This document shows positions 1 to 11,277 of a DNA stretch of 64,000 nucleotides, in pieces. The stretch comes from Fistulifera solaris (Eukaryota). The translations under genes were made by a program, and so were the position numbers. Position 1 is the stretch's first letter. Each line of letters begins with the position of its first letter. The stretch covers positions 682,001-746,000 of the forward strand of contig AP026124.1 of assembly GCA_030295235.1 (NCBI GenBank), in the 5' to 3' direction. The notes beneath the pieces are model-generated. The model was not told the DNA's origin. It did not search any database and saw only the letters and a program-made list of their open reading frames with translations.

Positions 1-852
1 CTCGGTACTCGTCCATGTGCTGACATGCTGCCGCTTTGTGCTTGATTCGATCGAGAATAAAGGTGAAATAATGAACGGCTTCATCATCTTCATTGGACGT
101 AATCAAGCCTTTTCCTTTCACGATGCGTTTGGGAACATGAGGAGGGAAAAGTACCCACCTCTTTGCCCATGAATTAAAGTATTCCATGCACTGGTTCCCA
201 AGGGATCGATATGAACGGTTGTTCCCGAACGCTTGGGTCCAACGAGAAACCATCGATACGGCGGGCGTCGGGACTCGGAAACGAACCGAAATAGATCATC
301 CCGAAAGTACGAAGGGACTTGATAATCGGTTAAAATGCGCTTGGCGTACTTGTCCTCGTCGAAATTGGAATCGAATATATAGAGTGGCGAGTCATCTTTA
401 TTGTTTCGGAGATACTCCAGAAAATATTTCAATCTGACTTTGACTTTATGGCCATCATCATCCTCCCCGCACTTTAATTTGCGGTTTTGCAACTCTTCAT
501 CTTTGGTTAATGCTTCCAAATCCCAACTGGCCACCGCAGGCCATGGTTCGGTCCTTTCCGCTGAATCGTAACCTTCCGGAATGCCTTTGATGACGCACGG
601 AATTTCCTTGGCTTCATAATGTTCGAAGAAATCTTCCTTAGTCAATGTCCGGGCATCGAGAATAGCGGGAATGTCGACCGGGGCATTTTCGTCGGATGGA
701 ATAAAATGTTCGTATTGTCGGTGTTCATCGGTCAGCGACTCGAGATAGCGGGGAAACTTTTCGGCCATGCCATCCACTTCCCAGTTTCGAAGACTCGGTC
801 GATGGAGGCGTTTGGCCTCTTCTATTGATTTTTTCCAGTTTTCTGTTGTCAT
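1..852 (-). CDS. JMJD6: JmjC-domain protein, JMJD6/phosphatidylserine-receptor family (3' end runs off the window)
   Basis: ATG at 852 gives MTTENWKKSIEEAKRLHRPSL, like the JMJD6 N-terminus. Motifs KCGEDDDG, DDSPLYIFDS, RPPYRWFLVGPKRSGTTVHIDPLGTSAWN. A 1-nt frameshift near 162 restores KRWVLFPP. Confidence 0.93.
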
Positions 853-1453
853 GAGAGGAGATCTTACTGTACACGTTCGTTGATTAAAAGTTGCTGGCGG
901 CCCGTCGGCGGATGGTAAGTCGGACAAGGACAAACTGAGCAAAGTAGGGAAAGGAGACTTCCAAAGGTACGGCTCTAGCGAATGAGAAATATCGACACTT
1001 TGTAGTCTCTTTCAAGTGTGATGTCTCAGATGATAAAATACTACAGGGTATGAAATAATGAGGCGAAAGTCCAACAAGGTGATGATGAATGGCAACGATG
1101 AAAATGACTTCGGATTTTCGTTCCTCAATAAATAAACGGCATTCGGCATTCGGCCATCGTCATCGAGGGACGAGGGATAATTTCTCGTCAAGGGATCGGG
1201 CTATTTGCAACAGCCACTCATCAGAAACGTTTTTGACGTCACACTCACATAGCTTATGGCTCTCATCTTGGGCCTTTTTAACGTCGTACCAGGTGCAGAC
1301 GATTGGCCTGAATCTGAAAGGCGTCGGACGAGATTTTTGATTTTTTTTTGTTTTTCGGAAATCTTTTGCGATGAGTTTGCTGCATGCCCCCATCAACTGG
1401 TGTATGGACGCCTTGATTGCATCAATTTGACAAACGAATCGCCTTCATTCAAC

Positions 1454-2449
1454 ATGGTATTAGCACTGATCGGTACTGGAGTGGTATGTTAAGGGAAATC
1501 GGTTCGAAGCGACAACGACTCCTCGCTTCTTTCACTCGCTCATTCGTTTCTTCCGTCTCCCCTTTAGGCACTCGGCATCGTTCATGTTTTGACAGGCCCT
1601 GATCATCTCTCGGCACTCGCGACACTGAGCGCGAATAATGACAGTCATACAGCTTTCTTTCTTGGTGTGCGATGGGGAGTCGGTCACTCTACCGGTCTTC
1701 TAACAGTTGGGGTAGTCTTCATATTAATGTCACTTTCGTCGAATCAAGAAACCATTGAGATTCCCGAAGGCGTTTCACACTTTTTCGAATCCATCGTAGG
1801 AATATTCATGATCTTATTAGGTATTTACGGAATTCGACGTGCGCATCATCGTAAAAAATACGGAATTGTTGTCGGATCGAGATGGGTTAACACGTGTCGC
1901 AATGCAGGAGGACTGGGATGCCTCCGTCATTCGATCACGTGCGGGCGAAGGAGCTGTAGATGACGACGAACAAAACAATCGTGATGAAGACGAACAAAAG
2001 AAAACTATGAAACATTTCCAGCGACAGGAACGTATGCTCATTCCGATCATGCGCACCCCCGTCATTCCACATTTTTCAGCGTCGACGAAGAGACAATGGG
2101 AACAAGCCGTTGCCAGATGTGTACATCCAAGCTCAGTACAGGTATGATGGCGCTCGTGGCAGGTATTATTCATGGCTTGGCGGGTCCAGGTGGTGTGTTG
2201 GGTGTGATTCCAGCCGTACAGATGCACAATTCCCGATTGGCTGCTGTTTACTTGGGTAGCTTTTGTATCGCATCGACTTTGACCATGGGCTTGTTTGCTG
2301 TGCTCTACGGAACCTCCACAGTCACATTGGGGAAACGTTGGAAGAGTGAGTTCCTGGTGGAAATGGTTTCCGCTTCTTTTAGTATTTTTGTTGGAGTTTT
2401 GTGGATTGTACTTTTGTCGGTAGGCAAGCTTGATGACATATTTCCCTAA
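1454..2449 (+). CDS. Nickel/cobalt transporter, NiCoT/UreH-like
   Basis: Exon 1 1454-1483 (MVLALIGTGV), GT-AG intron 1484-1567, then HVLTGPDHLSAL, GVRWGVGHS, GIIHGLAGPGG and several hydrophobic helices. Frame breaks at A-runs near 1855 and 2000. Confidence 0.85.
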
Positions 2450-2658
2450 AGAATAAGTCTAAGGAAATGAATTGAGTGATTTTCTAACGAAATGTATACA
2501 ATTTGTTTTGGAATCAGTTTTTTCGATAGATTTCGCGCTGTACAGCAAGGCGGCAAGGAGTCCATAAAATTTTGACTTTAACAGATTTAAAGCCTCGGTA
2601 ACAATCTCGTTTAAGCAAATTAATGAACAGAAACATTTCTAGCCTATTACAATGAATA

Positions 2659-3741
2659 TTAGTTTGGAGGTTGTTTTCTCCTCGAACCGAAATTTAGCAT
2701 TCCTTTCATCCGACGTCCGACATTCTGTATAGCCTCTTCCACCTTTTCGCTCCCTAAATTAGCAACCGTTTGCATTCGTAATGCTTGCAGCTTTTTGACA
2801 TGCCGGATTCCGGCGACAATTTGTACATCTTGGTACCCAATGTTCCTCAGAATATTCTCTCGTCTCTTTCGACTGAGCACTAAAGTTTTCCCTATGCGAC
2901 GACTTCGTCTGACACTTTCAAACGCTTCAACGTCCAAGTACGGCAGTTCGTTGTATTCCCAATCGATCGTAAGCGGTGGTCCATCTGATACCGCGGGGTT
3001 GTCTCCCATCATGATTGGATACTCTCTCACTGTGATAGTGCTGAACTGGACAGTAAACCCCAACATGACTCCGGCATCCTTCTCGACCTTAGTCTCCTCC
3101 ACTTTCGACTCTTCTTGTACCTTGGGTGGCTGTGTCTTTTGCACTCTTTCAGCACCCGGTTCGGGAAAATAGGATGTGATATCGGATACCACAGAGATAT
3201 CGTCGTCAATATCATCGTCACCCATAGCGGAAATAGTAATGGCAGAATCTTTAGAATGAGTCGATAGTGCGCCGAGAACACTTCCCTCATCTTCGAGATC
3301 CAAAAGTTCGGCACACCAAAAGTCCGGATGAAAGACTGCTTCAGACGCCTTGGTGGATGATCCTCCGGAACACCGAGAGCTCGACTCGCTCATATCGCAC
3401 CGTCGGTGATTGTTCACCAAAGATTCGGCGATTTGTTGAATGTCAAGGTGCGAGTCGACCGACTTGTTAGAGCCCGCACAGGACGATCCGTCATCATTCT
3501 TATATGATTTTACCAATTCAGAGGCTACTTCCTTGGCAATCTTTTCAATGAAACCATCGTAGTCTGAAGTGCTTTTGCTTAGCTCCGTTAACTCGCTTTG
3601 TTCCGTAGTGGTCGTAGAAATGGAACTTCGCTTCAGAATAGGTTTACCTGATTTGGTGCCACTAGACCTCCCTTCCGGTAGGAATATCAATGAAGTGCAT
3701 GGTGAAAGATGAGCGTGCCAAGATCGGTGGTCAAATACCAA
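2659..3741 (-). CDS. Hypothetical protein with VxFxxxxVREY...GDNPxVSxGPPLxxxW motif; start uncertain
   Basis: 360-codon ORF, Ser/acidic N-terminal part, C-terminal motif VQFSTITVREYPIMMGDNPAVSDGPPLTIDWEY. Confidence 0.75.
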   Translation of the reverse strand: MVFDHRSWHAHLSPCTSLIFLPEGRSSGTKSGKPILKRSSISTTTTEQSELTELSKSTSDYDGFIEKIAKEVASELVKSYKNDDGSSCAGSNKSVDSHLDIQQIAESLVNNHRRCDMSESSSRCSGGSSTKASEAVFHPDFWCAELLDLEDEGSVLGALSTHSKDSAITISAMGDDDIDDDISVVSDITSYFPEPGAERVQKTQPPKVQEESKVEETKVEKDAGVMLGFTVQFSTITVREYPIMMGDNPAVSDGPPLTIDWEYNELPYLDVEAFESVRRSRRIGKTLVLSRKRRENILRNIGYQDVQIVAGIRHVKKLQALRMQTVANLGSEKVEEAIQNVGRRMKGMLNFGSRRKQPPN

Positions 3742-5294
3742 TTATGAAAAAATGGATCGACGGATCGGAGGCCGACGAGTTCTCATAAAAAATTAGAGAT
3801 GCTCACCCTCCACCCAAATTGTAATGACGCCCTGCGCCTTCCGCGGAGGAAGGCCGACTTTAGCTCGCCAGACTCTTTGGACTGCCCAACTTCCCAAATT
3901 TTGTGAGGAGTTTCCAGGAGTTTCCTTCGACCTGATGGAAAATACAAAGATATCTTGGATGCAATTACTTCTCTACTGAACAATCATTACTCGGTTACGG
4001 CTTACGGCATCGGAAAAGACCCTTTGCCATTTCAAGTTTCTTATGTCATACAAAGTGTGCAAGTGATGTATTGAATTCAAATCAAAATTCGAAAGTAGGA
4101 CTATGAGGAATAAGTCTGCCTATAAGATCAAATACGGAGTACCAGTTAAGAATATATAAGTGCCCCCATTAAAGTGAAAAATATTCTGGAGTAATTATTA
4201 GCTAGTGCCTTGGGCCTCATGACAACTTGTTACAAAATACAAAAATCAGCATGCACTAAAGGCTAACCCAGCAAAGTGCCAGATAGAAATATTAATATTT
4301 GTGAGAAAATGATAAAGAACAATGGAAAAATCAGTCGACTGTCAACGATTGATTAAAAGCAAAAAAATATCGATAAAACCAAATTAAAAAATAATGGCCG
4401 ACGATGCCGATGACCGATGACTGGTGACTGTCGGACAAGTAAAGAGTTAAATGTTGAGACTTACACGTTTTCCACGGAAAAGAACTCAAGATCCCAAGAC
4501 CCAAGACGCTGAAGAGGCCCGATTAGTTCGATCGAAACCCGAGGATCTGTTACAGAACTACAGAACAGTGTGTCATTGAACAATGTAATCGTGCAATAAA
4601 ACTTAGTGGTAGATTGACTGGTAAAGTTGAGTCACGCTCACTGCTCACGTTTCACGCTCGCGCTCTCTAGAACTGGGAACGCTTCGTTGGACGTTGGACG
4701 ACTCTTCTTTCCAGACTCTCAGACTACTCTCTTTTACAGATGAGATAGTGACACGAGACACCGCCCACGCCCACTGGTCATGACCAATAACAACTTCTTG
4801 CATCCTAGATCCTAGCATGCAGTGCACGGTTTCATTGCTTCTTTGAAAAAGAAAGAAGCAACGAAACTTCACTTGTGTTTGAACCGAGGGTATTTCAGGA
4901 TCACTCTTTGTCCTTCCCAATTCCCAACTGGTTCTCTGTAAATAATAAAGAAAAATTTTGTTTGCCGAGTTCTCGTGTCGCGGTCAATCCAGCCGTGTGA
5001 AAATCAATGGGCGATGGTCATTTAGCATGCGTGCATGCGTACCAGGTAGCGTCGGCTTGGCTTGGGATCTCACGAATGAATACCGTCATGCACCCATTCT
5101 ATGATCGCGCAACTCGCAAGTCGCAAGGTGAATACCAGGTACAAGTGTCTCGTCGACTGAATGACGCGTGACTACGAATGTTAGTCACGAACGGGAGATT
5201 ATGATTTATTGTAAAACTTGTGCGCACCACCAAAAATGTTCAATCACCATGGAACCATGGCGTGATCAAACAAACTCTGCACGAAAACACAATA

Positions 5295-5718
5295 ATGGAT
5301 TTATTAGACATTGAAGAAAAAAAGAAATGAGTACGCCAGATTTCTGAGAACTGTGTTGCAGCCGAATTTAGATACAGCTCTTCAAAAAGAGCGGGAGGTT
5401 CAACAGGAGATCCGAGACTACGAAGAACTGATCGGCAATCTCCGAGCTGGAATTCCATCGCAGCTTACTGCGGATCTAGGATACAAGAAGATTCACTGCA
5501 ACGCTACGGTTCAGTCAAATCAGCATGTCTTTGTGAATGTAGGCATGGGCTTTCATGTAGAGTTTGAAGTGGGCGAAGCTATTGAGTTTTGTGAACACCG
5601 CGTATGTTTCCTTCGTAATCAAGTACTTCCCAAAAGAACGAAAGATTCGGACTCAATACGACAACATATTAGGGAATCGGAAATGATTTTAGAAGCAATT
5701 GTATCAGAATTAAAATAA
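5295..5718 (+). CDS. UXT: UXT-like prefoldin alpha subunit
   Basis: ATG at 5295 (MDLLDIEE), frameshift in the A-run near 5320, then YARFLRTVLQPNL...DLG...VFVNVGMGFHVEF...AIEF. Coiled coil-hairpin-coiled coil layout. Confidence 0.8.
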
Positions 5719-5767
5719 AGGTACAGTTCACTATTGTTTTGAACTTGATTCCGTTCCGCAGCATATG

Positions 5768-7646
5768 TCACGCTGCTTTTCGAGCAGGAAGGTTTGACAT
5801 GAGCCGAAGTAGCGACAGCCCCGATAGTGTTATGATACAGCTCGATAAAAAACCTTCTGCAAGCCAAAATGCAAGGATCACTTGAAAAGACCATCCAAGC
5901 CATCCGACGGGCGATAGGAGGAAACCTGCACGGAGCATGGATAAGAAATATGCGAGAACAAGTCGTGATGATTTATCCAGAAGCATGATCATCGAGTTCG
6001 GTTCTCTGAATCCCTCTAGAATCAATGCGAGAGGGAGATAGTATCGAAAGGCATTCAAAGTAAGGATCGAAGCTTCATCTGAGACTCGACTGGAATTCGT
6101 CCTCGACGGCTGGCTAGGAAAGCGACTGAGAAAATAATAAAGACACAACGTGGAAAACACATGGGGTAAGAAGTGAGGGAAGGCTGAGATGCGCCATCAT
6201 TCTGTCGCAAATTATCGGAAGTGTGTAAAGAAGAAGATAGCATGCCAGAGTGCCGTCGTTAAAAGATGCTTCCCGGGTAGCGTAAATGAGAACGTTTCTA
6301 CCCCCGACTGCGATTAACTGGGCCAAGTTCCACAGGAAGAGTGTAACGTAGCTTAGAAACGCCATCAGTTTGTTAGGCGATGGAGCGAGCAAAGTGATAA
6401 TCTTGTTCTTCTTGCTTTGAGCGTTTTTTGAATTATGTGTCGTATTTTGCACCTTTTCGTCAATCTGAACTTGTTCGTTGTCAAGAGAAGCTGCGTGGTC
6501 AGTATCAAAGTCTGAACATTTATTACTTTCCGTCGCAGCTATCCTTCTTGGCTCCGATGTGGTCGAGATGTTGATATGATAATCGTGCGGTACATGGAGC
6601 AGAGACTCGCTTGACGATTCATCATTTTTCTCGTATGTGTCATCGTCCGAATCAAATAGCAGACTAGGAAACATTGAATAGATACGGGGCTGTGTCACCA
6701 AGGTCGTTTCCTTGAAATTTGATTGCGACGCAGCGCGCCCGATAGAACTTCGATCTACGGCATTCCATTCCGTCAAAGGCTGCGCCGGTTTATCAAGGTG
6801 TCTTGATACTTTCTTTGTCCGCACTTTTGGAAATGTAAATGTAAATTGGTCATTGCAATTTCCTAGTGGACTTGATCTCGCCCGTGGTACTGGTTTTCCT
6901 GTTGTATACGACTTTCCACCGCTTTCCAATGTAAACTTTTGACCTGGATGTCTTTGCTGTGGTTTGCGCTCCGATGTATCGAATGTAGAAGAGGGAGAAG
7001 AGCGAATGACATCCGCAAAGGAAATAGATCGGCTTGTTTTGACTTGCCCTATCGAACTGCCAGCGATTCCGGAAATGGCGTCATCGGTCAAAGGAAATCG
7101 TGTATTTCTCGACTCTACGTGCTCTGAAGTAGAAAGGCGGAATTCAGGGGCTGAACTAATGTATCGGCAGGGAGTGCGTTCGCACTGAATGAACCTTTCA
7201 ATGAATAGTTTTGTTGTCTTGGTGGAGTACTAACAGATTGTAGTGTTTCAGGCAAACGACTCTGTAAATGTGGAGCGTGATCAGTTATCCAGTGAGCTTC
7301 GTGATTGACTTGCGTAGTTTGTAAAGTATTCCATGGATTTAGAGATACAGGAGAAGCAATAGAATTGAGAATGTATGAGCATCTTCAGGGGGAAGTTTGC
7401 CTTTGAATCCTACATCGACATCATCGTCTGGATCAAGTATACCTCCTGGAAGAAAGAATGCGTCGATAAGGGCGGCATCATCCTCCCCTTCGTCATCTTT
7501 TTGTACCGAGTCTGTTTTCCATCTTCTTCGTATCGGTCGTCGCTTCTTCCTCCTCTTTCGACTTCGGAAAAGGACCCTTGGTACGTGGTAACACTCAAAA
7601 TAGCTTCAAACTATAGATACCCTTTTCTTTTCATAGTAGTTTCCAT
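5768..7646 (-). CDS. Hypothetical protein with C-terminal transmembrane region, broken by several frameshifts; start uncertain
   Basis: ORFs 7410-7598, 6114-7091 and 5768-6160 chain through frame changes. Acidic DAFFLPGGILDPDD segment near 7420-7460. Hydrophobic helices in the last ~200 aa. Confidence 0.55.
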
Positions 7647-8006
7647 AAATTGCTGCTGCTTGCTTGTTGGCGTATAAAGTATTTTATTTGTTATTATGCA
7701 TTCGTTCCCATCATCATTAATCAATAATCAATAATAGCTTCTTTGATCGCAATCTCACTCACATCTTAGAAACCTGCTTATGTCGTAGCAACACTACATT
7801 GTTTAGGTCCAACACCTTAGAAGATAAACTTCTCTCGTCCGCGTTTTGATATTAGATAAACTAGTACCAGTTTCCTATTGAACGTCGTCAGTGTGATGCG
7901 TTTTTGTGCGCCACACAATATTTTTCCTTTCGTCGTCGTCGTCCTCTTTGTGTCGACCAAACTCTCCAGGTCTTCCAGCTTCTTATCATCACAAACAACT
8001 TGCATC

Positions 8007-8588
8007 ATGTCAGGACTAGGAAGACGGACCCATTATCGAAAGCACTTAACCGACAAGGTGCTGAATGATTACCCAGTTCCGGCGGAAGATGAAAGCATAG
8101 CTAAGGTCGTCGCCACACGTGGAGGCAACCAATTCGACATTATTCTTCCCGGTGGATCGGAGGATCAGCAATTAGCTATATTGCCAACGAAATTTAGAAA
8201 GCTAGTATGGCTTAAACGGAATGATTTTGTCATTGTGCAAACAGCAAAAGATGATTTGACAGGCGACACGGAAGAAAACCAAGATGCTGTCAAGACTGTG
8301 GAAACGGGAAGTATCCGTTTCATGATTAGTCATATTTTATACAAAGACCAAGTCAAACATTTAAAATCGGAAGGATATTGGCCGGAAGATGACCCTAGAT
8401 TCAACGATGCTTCTGCTGATCATGATGTGGGTCAAGCAGTCGCTGCTGCCGAGGATGGTATCGTTTACGAAGCCGAAATTGATTCCAGCGATGAAAACGT
8501 AGATAGAGATCTATTTGTGAACACAAACCGCATCGCAACATTGGCCGTTGACGATTCTTCTTCCGAGAGTGATGAGGACGGTGACTAA
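8007..8588 (+). CDS. EIF1AD: eIF1A-domain RNA-binding protein
   Basis: MSGLGRRTHYRKH, IAKVVATRGGNQF, LPTKFRKLVWLKRNDFVIV, ILYKDQVKHLKSEGYWP, DLFVNTNR, acidic tail. Confidence 0.92.
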   Translation: MSGLGRRTHYRKHLTDKVLNDYPVPAEDESIAKVVATRGGNQFDIILPGGSEDQQLAILPTKFRKLVWLKRNDFVIVQTAKDDLTGDTEENQDAVKTVETGSIRFMISHILYKDQVKHLKSEGYWPEDDPRFNDASADHDVGQAVAAAEDGIVYEAEIDSSDENVDRDLFVNTNRIATLAVDDSSSESDEDGD

Positions 8589-9356
8589 CTACAAAAAAGC
8601 ACCTATACGTGTCGTTCGCAGTGAGTTGCCTGCATACTCGCCTTGCTATGAAATCCTTACACACGCTTTCTTTGGAAGTTCTGGATTCTTTCATCATGCG
8701 ATGAGCGCTTCTACCACCATGTCTAGATTGCTTCAACTTGTGGTATTAGTTGCAAGATGCGAGTTGCAAACCTTTCCCTGGCTACGAAAAACTAAGCCAA
8801 CCACTCGATATATGCTTATACTTAAACTAGACGTCATCGCAGTTGAGTAGGTGGTCTCGGATACTGTAATTGTAGCTAGCCTTTTTCCGGCACTGGTTTC
8901 TGCATACTCCGTTGCGTTGGCCTACGGCTCATCCCTAACCTTTTCTGTCTCCATGAGTTGCTGACGTCATCTCTACGTATTAGTCTTGGAAGCACGGGAA
9001 CAAGCGAAGGTTTCAGACTTGCAGGGAACTTCGTTGTTCCTAGCGAATCCTCTTGGATCCGCTCGTCAAATAGAGTACGGTAACTCACCTTCAGCTTATA
9101 ATTTTCATTTCGCAATTTTCCTTATCGTTGGGCACGGCATCCGTAATAGTAATACTCCGTACTGAGTAAATGCCAGCACAACCGTGATTCGATGGGCCGT
9201 CGCCCGTCGTCGCGTCGTCACGACCCGCCTATCCATCGTCCGCGCCGTCGATCGTACACGCGCTTTTTTTTGCGACTAGAGACGAGAGTCGTCGTATTTA
9301 TCTATTTAAAAACATCTTGCTTCTTGGTGTAAGACGGAAACAGAAATTAAATCAAT

Positions 9357-11183
9357 ATGGAAAAAGACGAGAAAGAGTCGCGAAATAATTCTCAGAAACG
9401 CCGTGATGAGGATGACGACGACAAGGATCGGAAGAAGCGTTCTTGTGATGATAGTTCAGAGGAAGAAAGAAAGCCACGGTCCAAGCAAAAAAAGAAGAGA
9501 TCACGGGAAGGAAGAAAAAGCCGAAAATCAAAGAAACGAAAGAAAGATTACAGTTCTTCCAGTGGCTCGTCTTCTGATAGCTCTGATGAATCATCGAGTG
9601 ATAAAGGCAAGATTGCACGACCGAAGAAGGTTGTGAACGATCGACTTTTGGTCAAACTGCAAGCAAGGGGAGAGACTTTGGAAGAAAGAAATGCACGCCG
9701 AGCGGAAAAGCGAGCGGCTTTGATCAGTCAAAAATTTGGTTACACCGTAGACAACAATCCATTCAACGATCCTAATTTGCACGAAAAGTTTACATGGAGA
9801 AAGAAAGAAACACAAAATGGTAGTGAACAGGTTCCGAAAAGAAAGACGAGACGTTCTTGGAAATTGAAAAAGTCAGGCAGCGGAGAACTGAGCGAGATCT
9901 GCAGCGAGAGGAAATGGAAAGAATTAGAGCGGAAGAGAGTAGAATGAGAGAACTTGAGAACTACGACGAATGGGCAAAGAAGGAGGAAGAGTTTCACTTA
10001 CAGCAGCAGCGACAGCGTTCTGCTATTAGACTCGTTGAAGGTCGTGAAAAACCTGTAGACGTACTGGCGAAAAATCTCCTCTTGTTCGGCTTATCTGACG
10101 AAGACAAAAAAAATCGCGCCTCTATCAAATATCAGGAAAAGTATAATGCAATGGAGGCTATGAAAAATTTGGAGGTAGAACTTGAAGAACCATACGCGCT
10201 GCTGAAATTGATGAAGCTTGATGAACTCGAGGAGCTTCGCTTGGATATAGAAGCTTTTCGACAACTAGAGCGACAGGCTCGTGTTTCAGATTTCGATGTA
10301 TCTGCAAGTGATTTCGTCCTGCGTTATTGGGACGCACTTGCCATCGTAGTGGATGACGAAATTAAACTGTTGAAGAGTGGCGGTGAAAACGGAAGTCATG
10401 CGAAAATGGCAGGAGATGTTCAAAACATCTTTCTTGGTCAGTCCAATGCAGATCTAAAGAAGATGAAGACAGAGGTTGAGAACAGACTTAGTTCGAGTAA
10501 AAAGGCTGATTTTGACCGTAAATATTGGCTTTCTGTGGCAGAGCAGCTTGACGTATTTCTCTGCAAAAGTTTTTTATCGGAGGAGCACTCTAAGATGTTG
10601 GTAAGACAGCTTGAACGTTTGGAAAAGCGTAGAGAAGAACTTGCTCGAATTCGCGATACTGGAGCCAGTCGAGAAGACGAACAGGCTGAAGAAAGAGAAG
10701 TTACAATGGCCGACAATTCTCTAGATCCAATTCAATTTTCTCAAGGCGATCTTGAGGAGGAACTCGGTCTTTCGGATGAGTTTGATCTAGCGGGCAAATC
10801 CTATAGCTGGCAAGACAAGTATCGTCCTCGCAAGCCGCGCTATTTCAACCGAGTCAAAACTGGCTATGACTGGAATAAGTATAACCAGACTCACTACGAT
10901 AAAGACAACCCGCCTCCAAAAAATCGTTCAAGGCTACAAGTTCAATATCTTTTATACTGATTTAATTGACCCGACAAAGACTCCGACATACACTTTGGAG
11001 CCCGCCGATTCGAAGGAGTTTTGCATAATTCGTTTCAGGGCAGGCGCTCCGTATGAAGATATTGCTTTCAAAATCATCAACAGGGAGTGGAACAAGTCTC
11101 GAAAAAGAGGGTTCAAGTCGTCGTTCGAGCGAGGAGTACTATCTCTGTATTTTAACTTCACCACGCATTGGTATAGGAGATAA
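9357..11183 (+). CDS. CACTIN: Cactin splicing factor
   Basis: K/R/S-rich N-terminus, GYTVDNNPFNDPNL..KFTW, EEEFHLQQQRQRSAIR..GR, KYRPRKPRYFNRVKTGYDWNKYNQTHYD, VQGYKFNIFY, PYEDIAFKI. Frameshifts at A-runs near 9840 and 10920. Confidence 0.95.
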
Positions 11184-11268
11184 GTCTTGGAAAAGAGGTT
11201 GGAGTAACCGTTTGAGCGAAAAGTATTTTCCTTCTATTTTGACTTCATCGCGCATTGCTATAAGAGAT
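11094..11268 (+). repeat. Degenerate ~88-bp tandem duplication of the cactin 3' coding end
   Basis: 11094-11181 and 11182-11268 align end to end with one gap (e.g. tattttaacttcaccacgcattggtataggagat vs tattttgacttcatcgcgcattgctataagagat). Confidence 0.85.
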
Positions 11269-11277
11269 ATGTATAAA

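Noticed and set aside
1089..1492. Short ORFs between JMJD6 and the nickel transporter
   Set aside because: No recognisable motifs; the region behaves as a divergent promoter.
4000..4450. AT-rich centromere-like tract
   Set aside because: Too short and unremarkable to separate from ordinary intergenic DNA without genome-wide GC context.
8600..9140. Possible minus-strand gene (ORFs 8876-9115 and 8401-8736)
   Set aside because: No consistent ATG, splice pattern or motif could be assembled.
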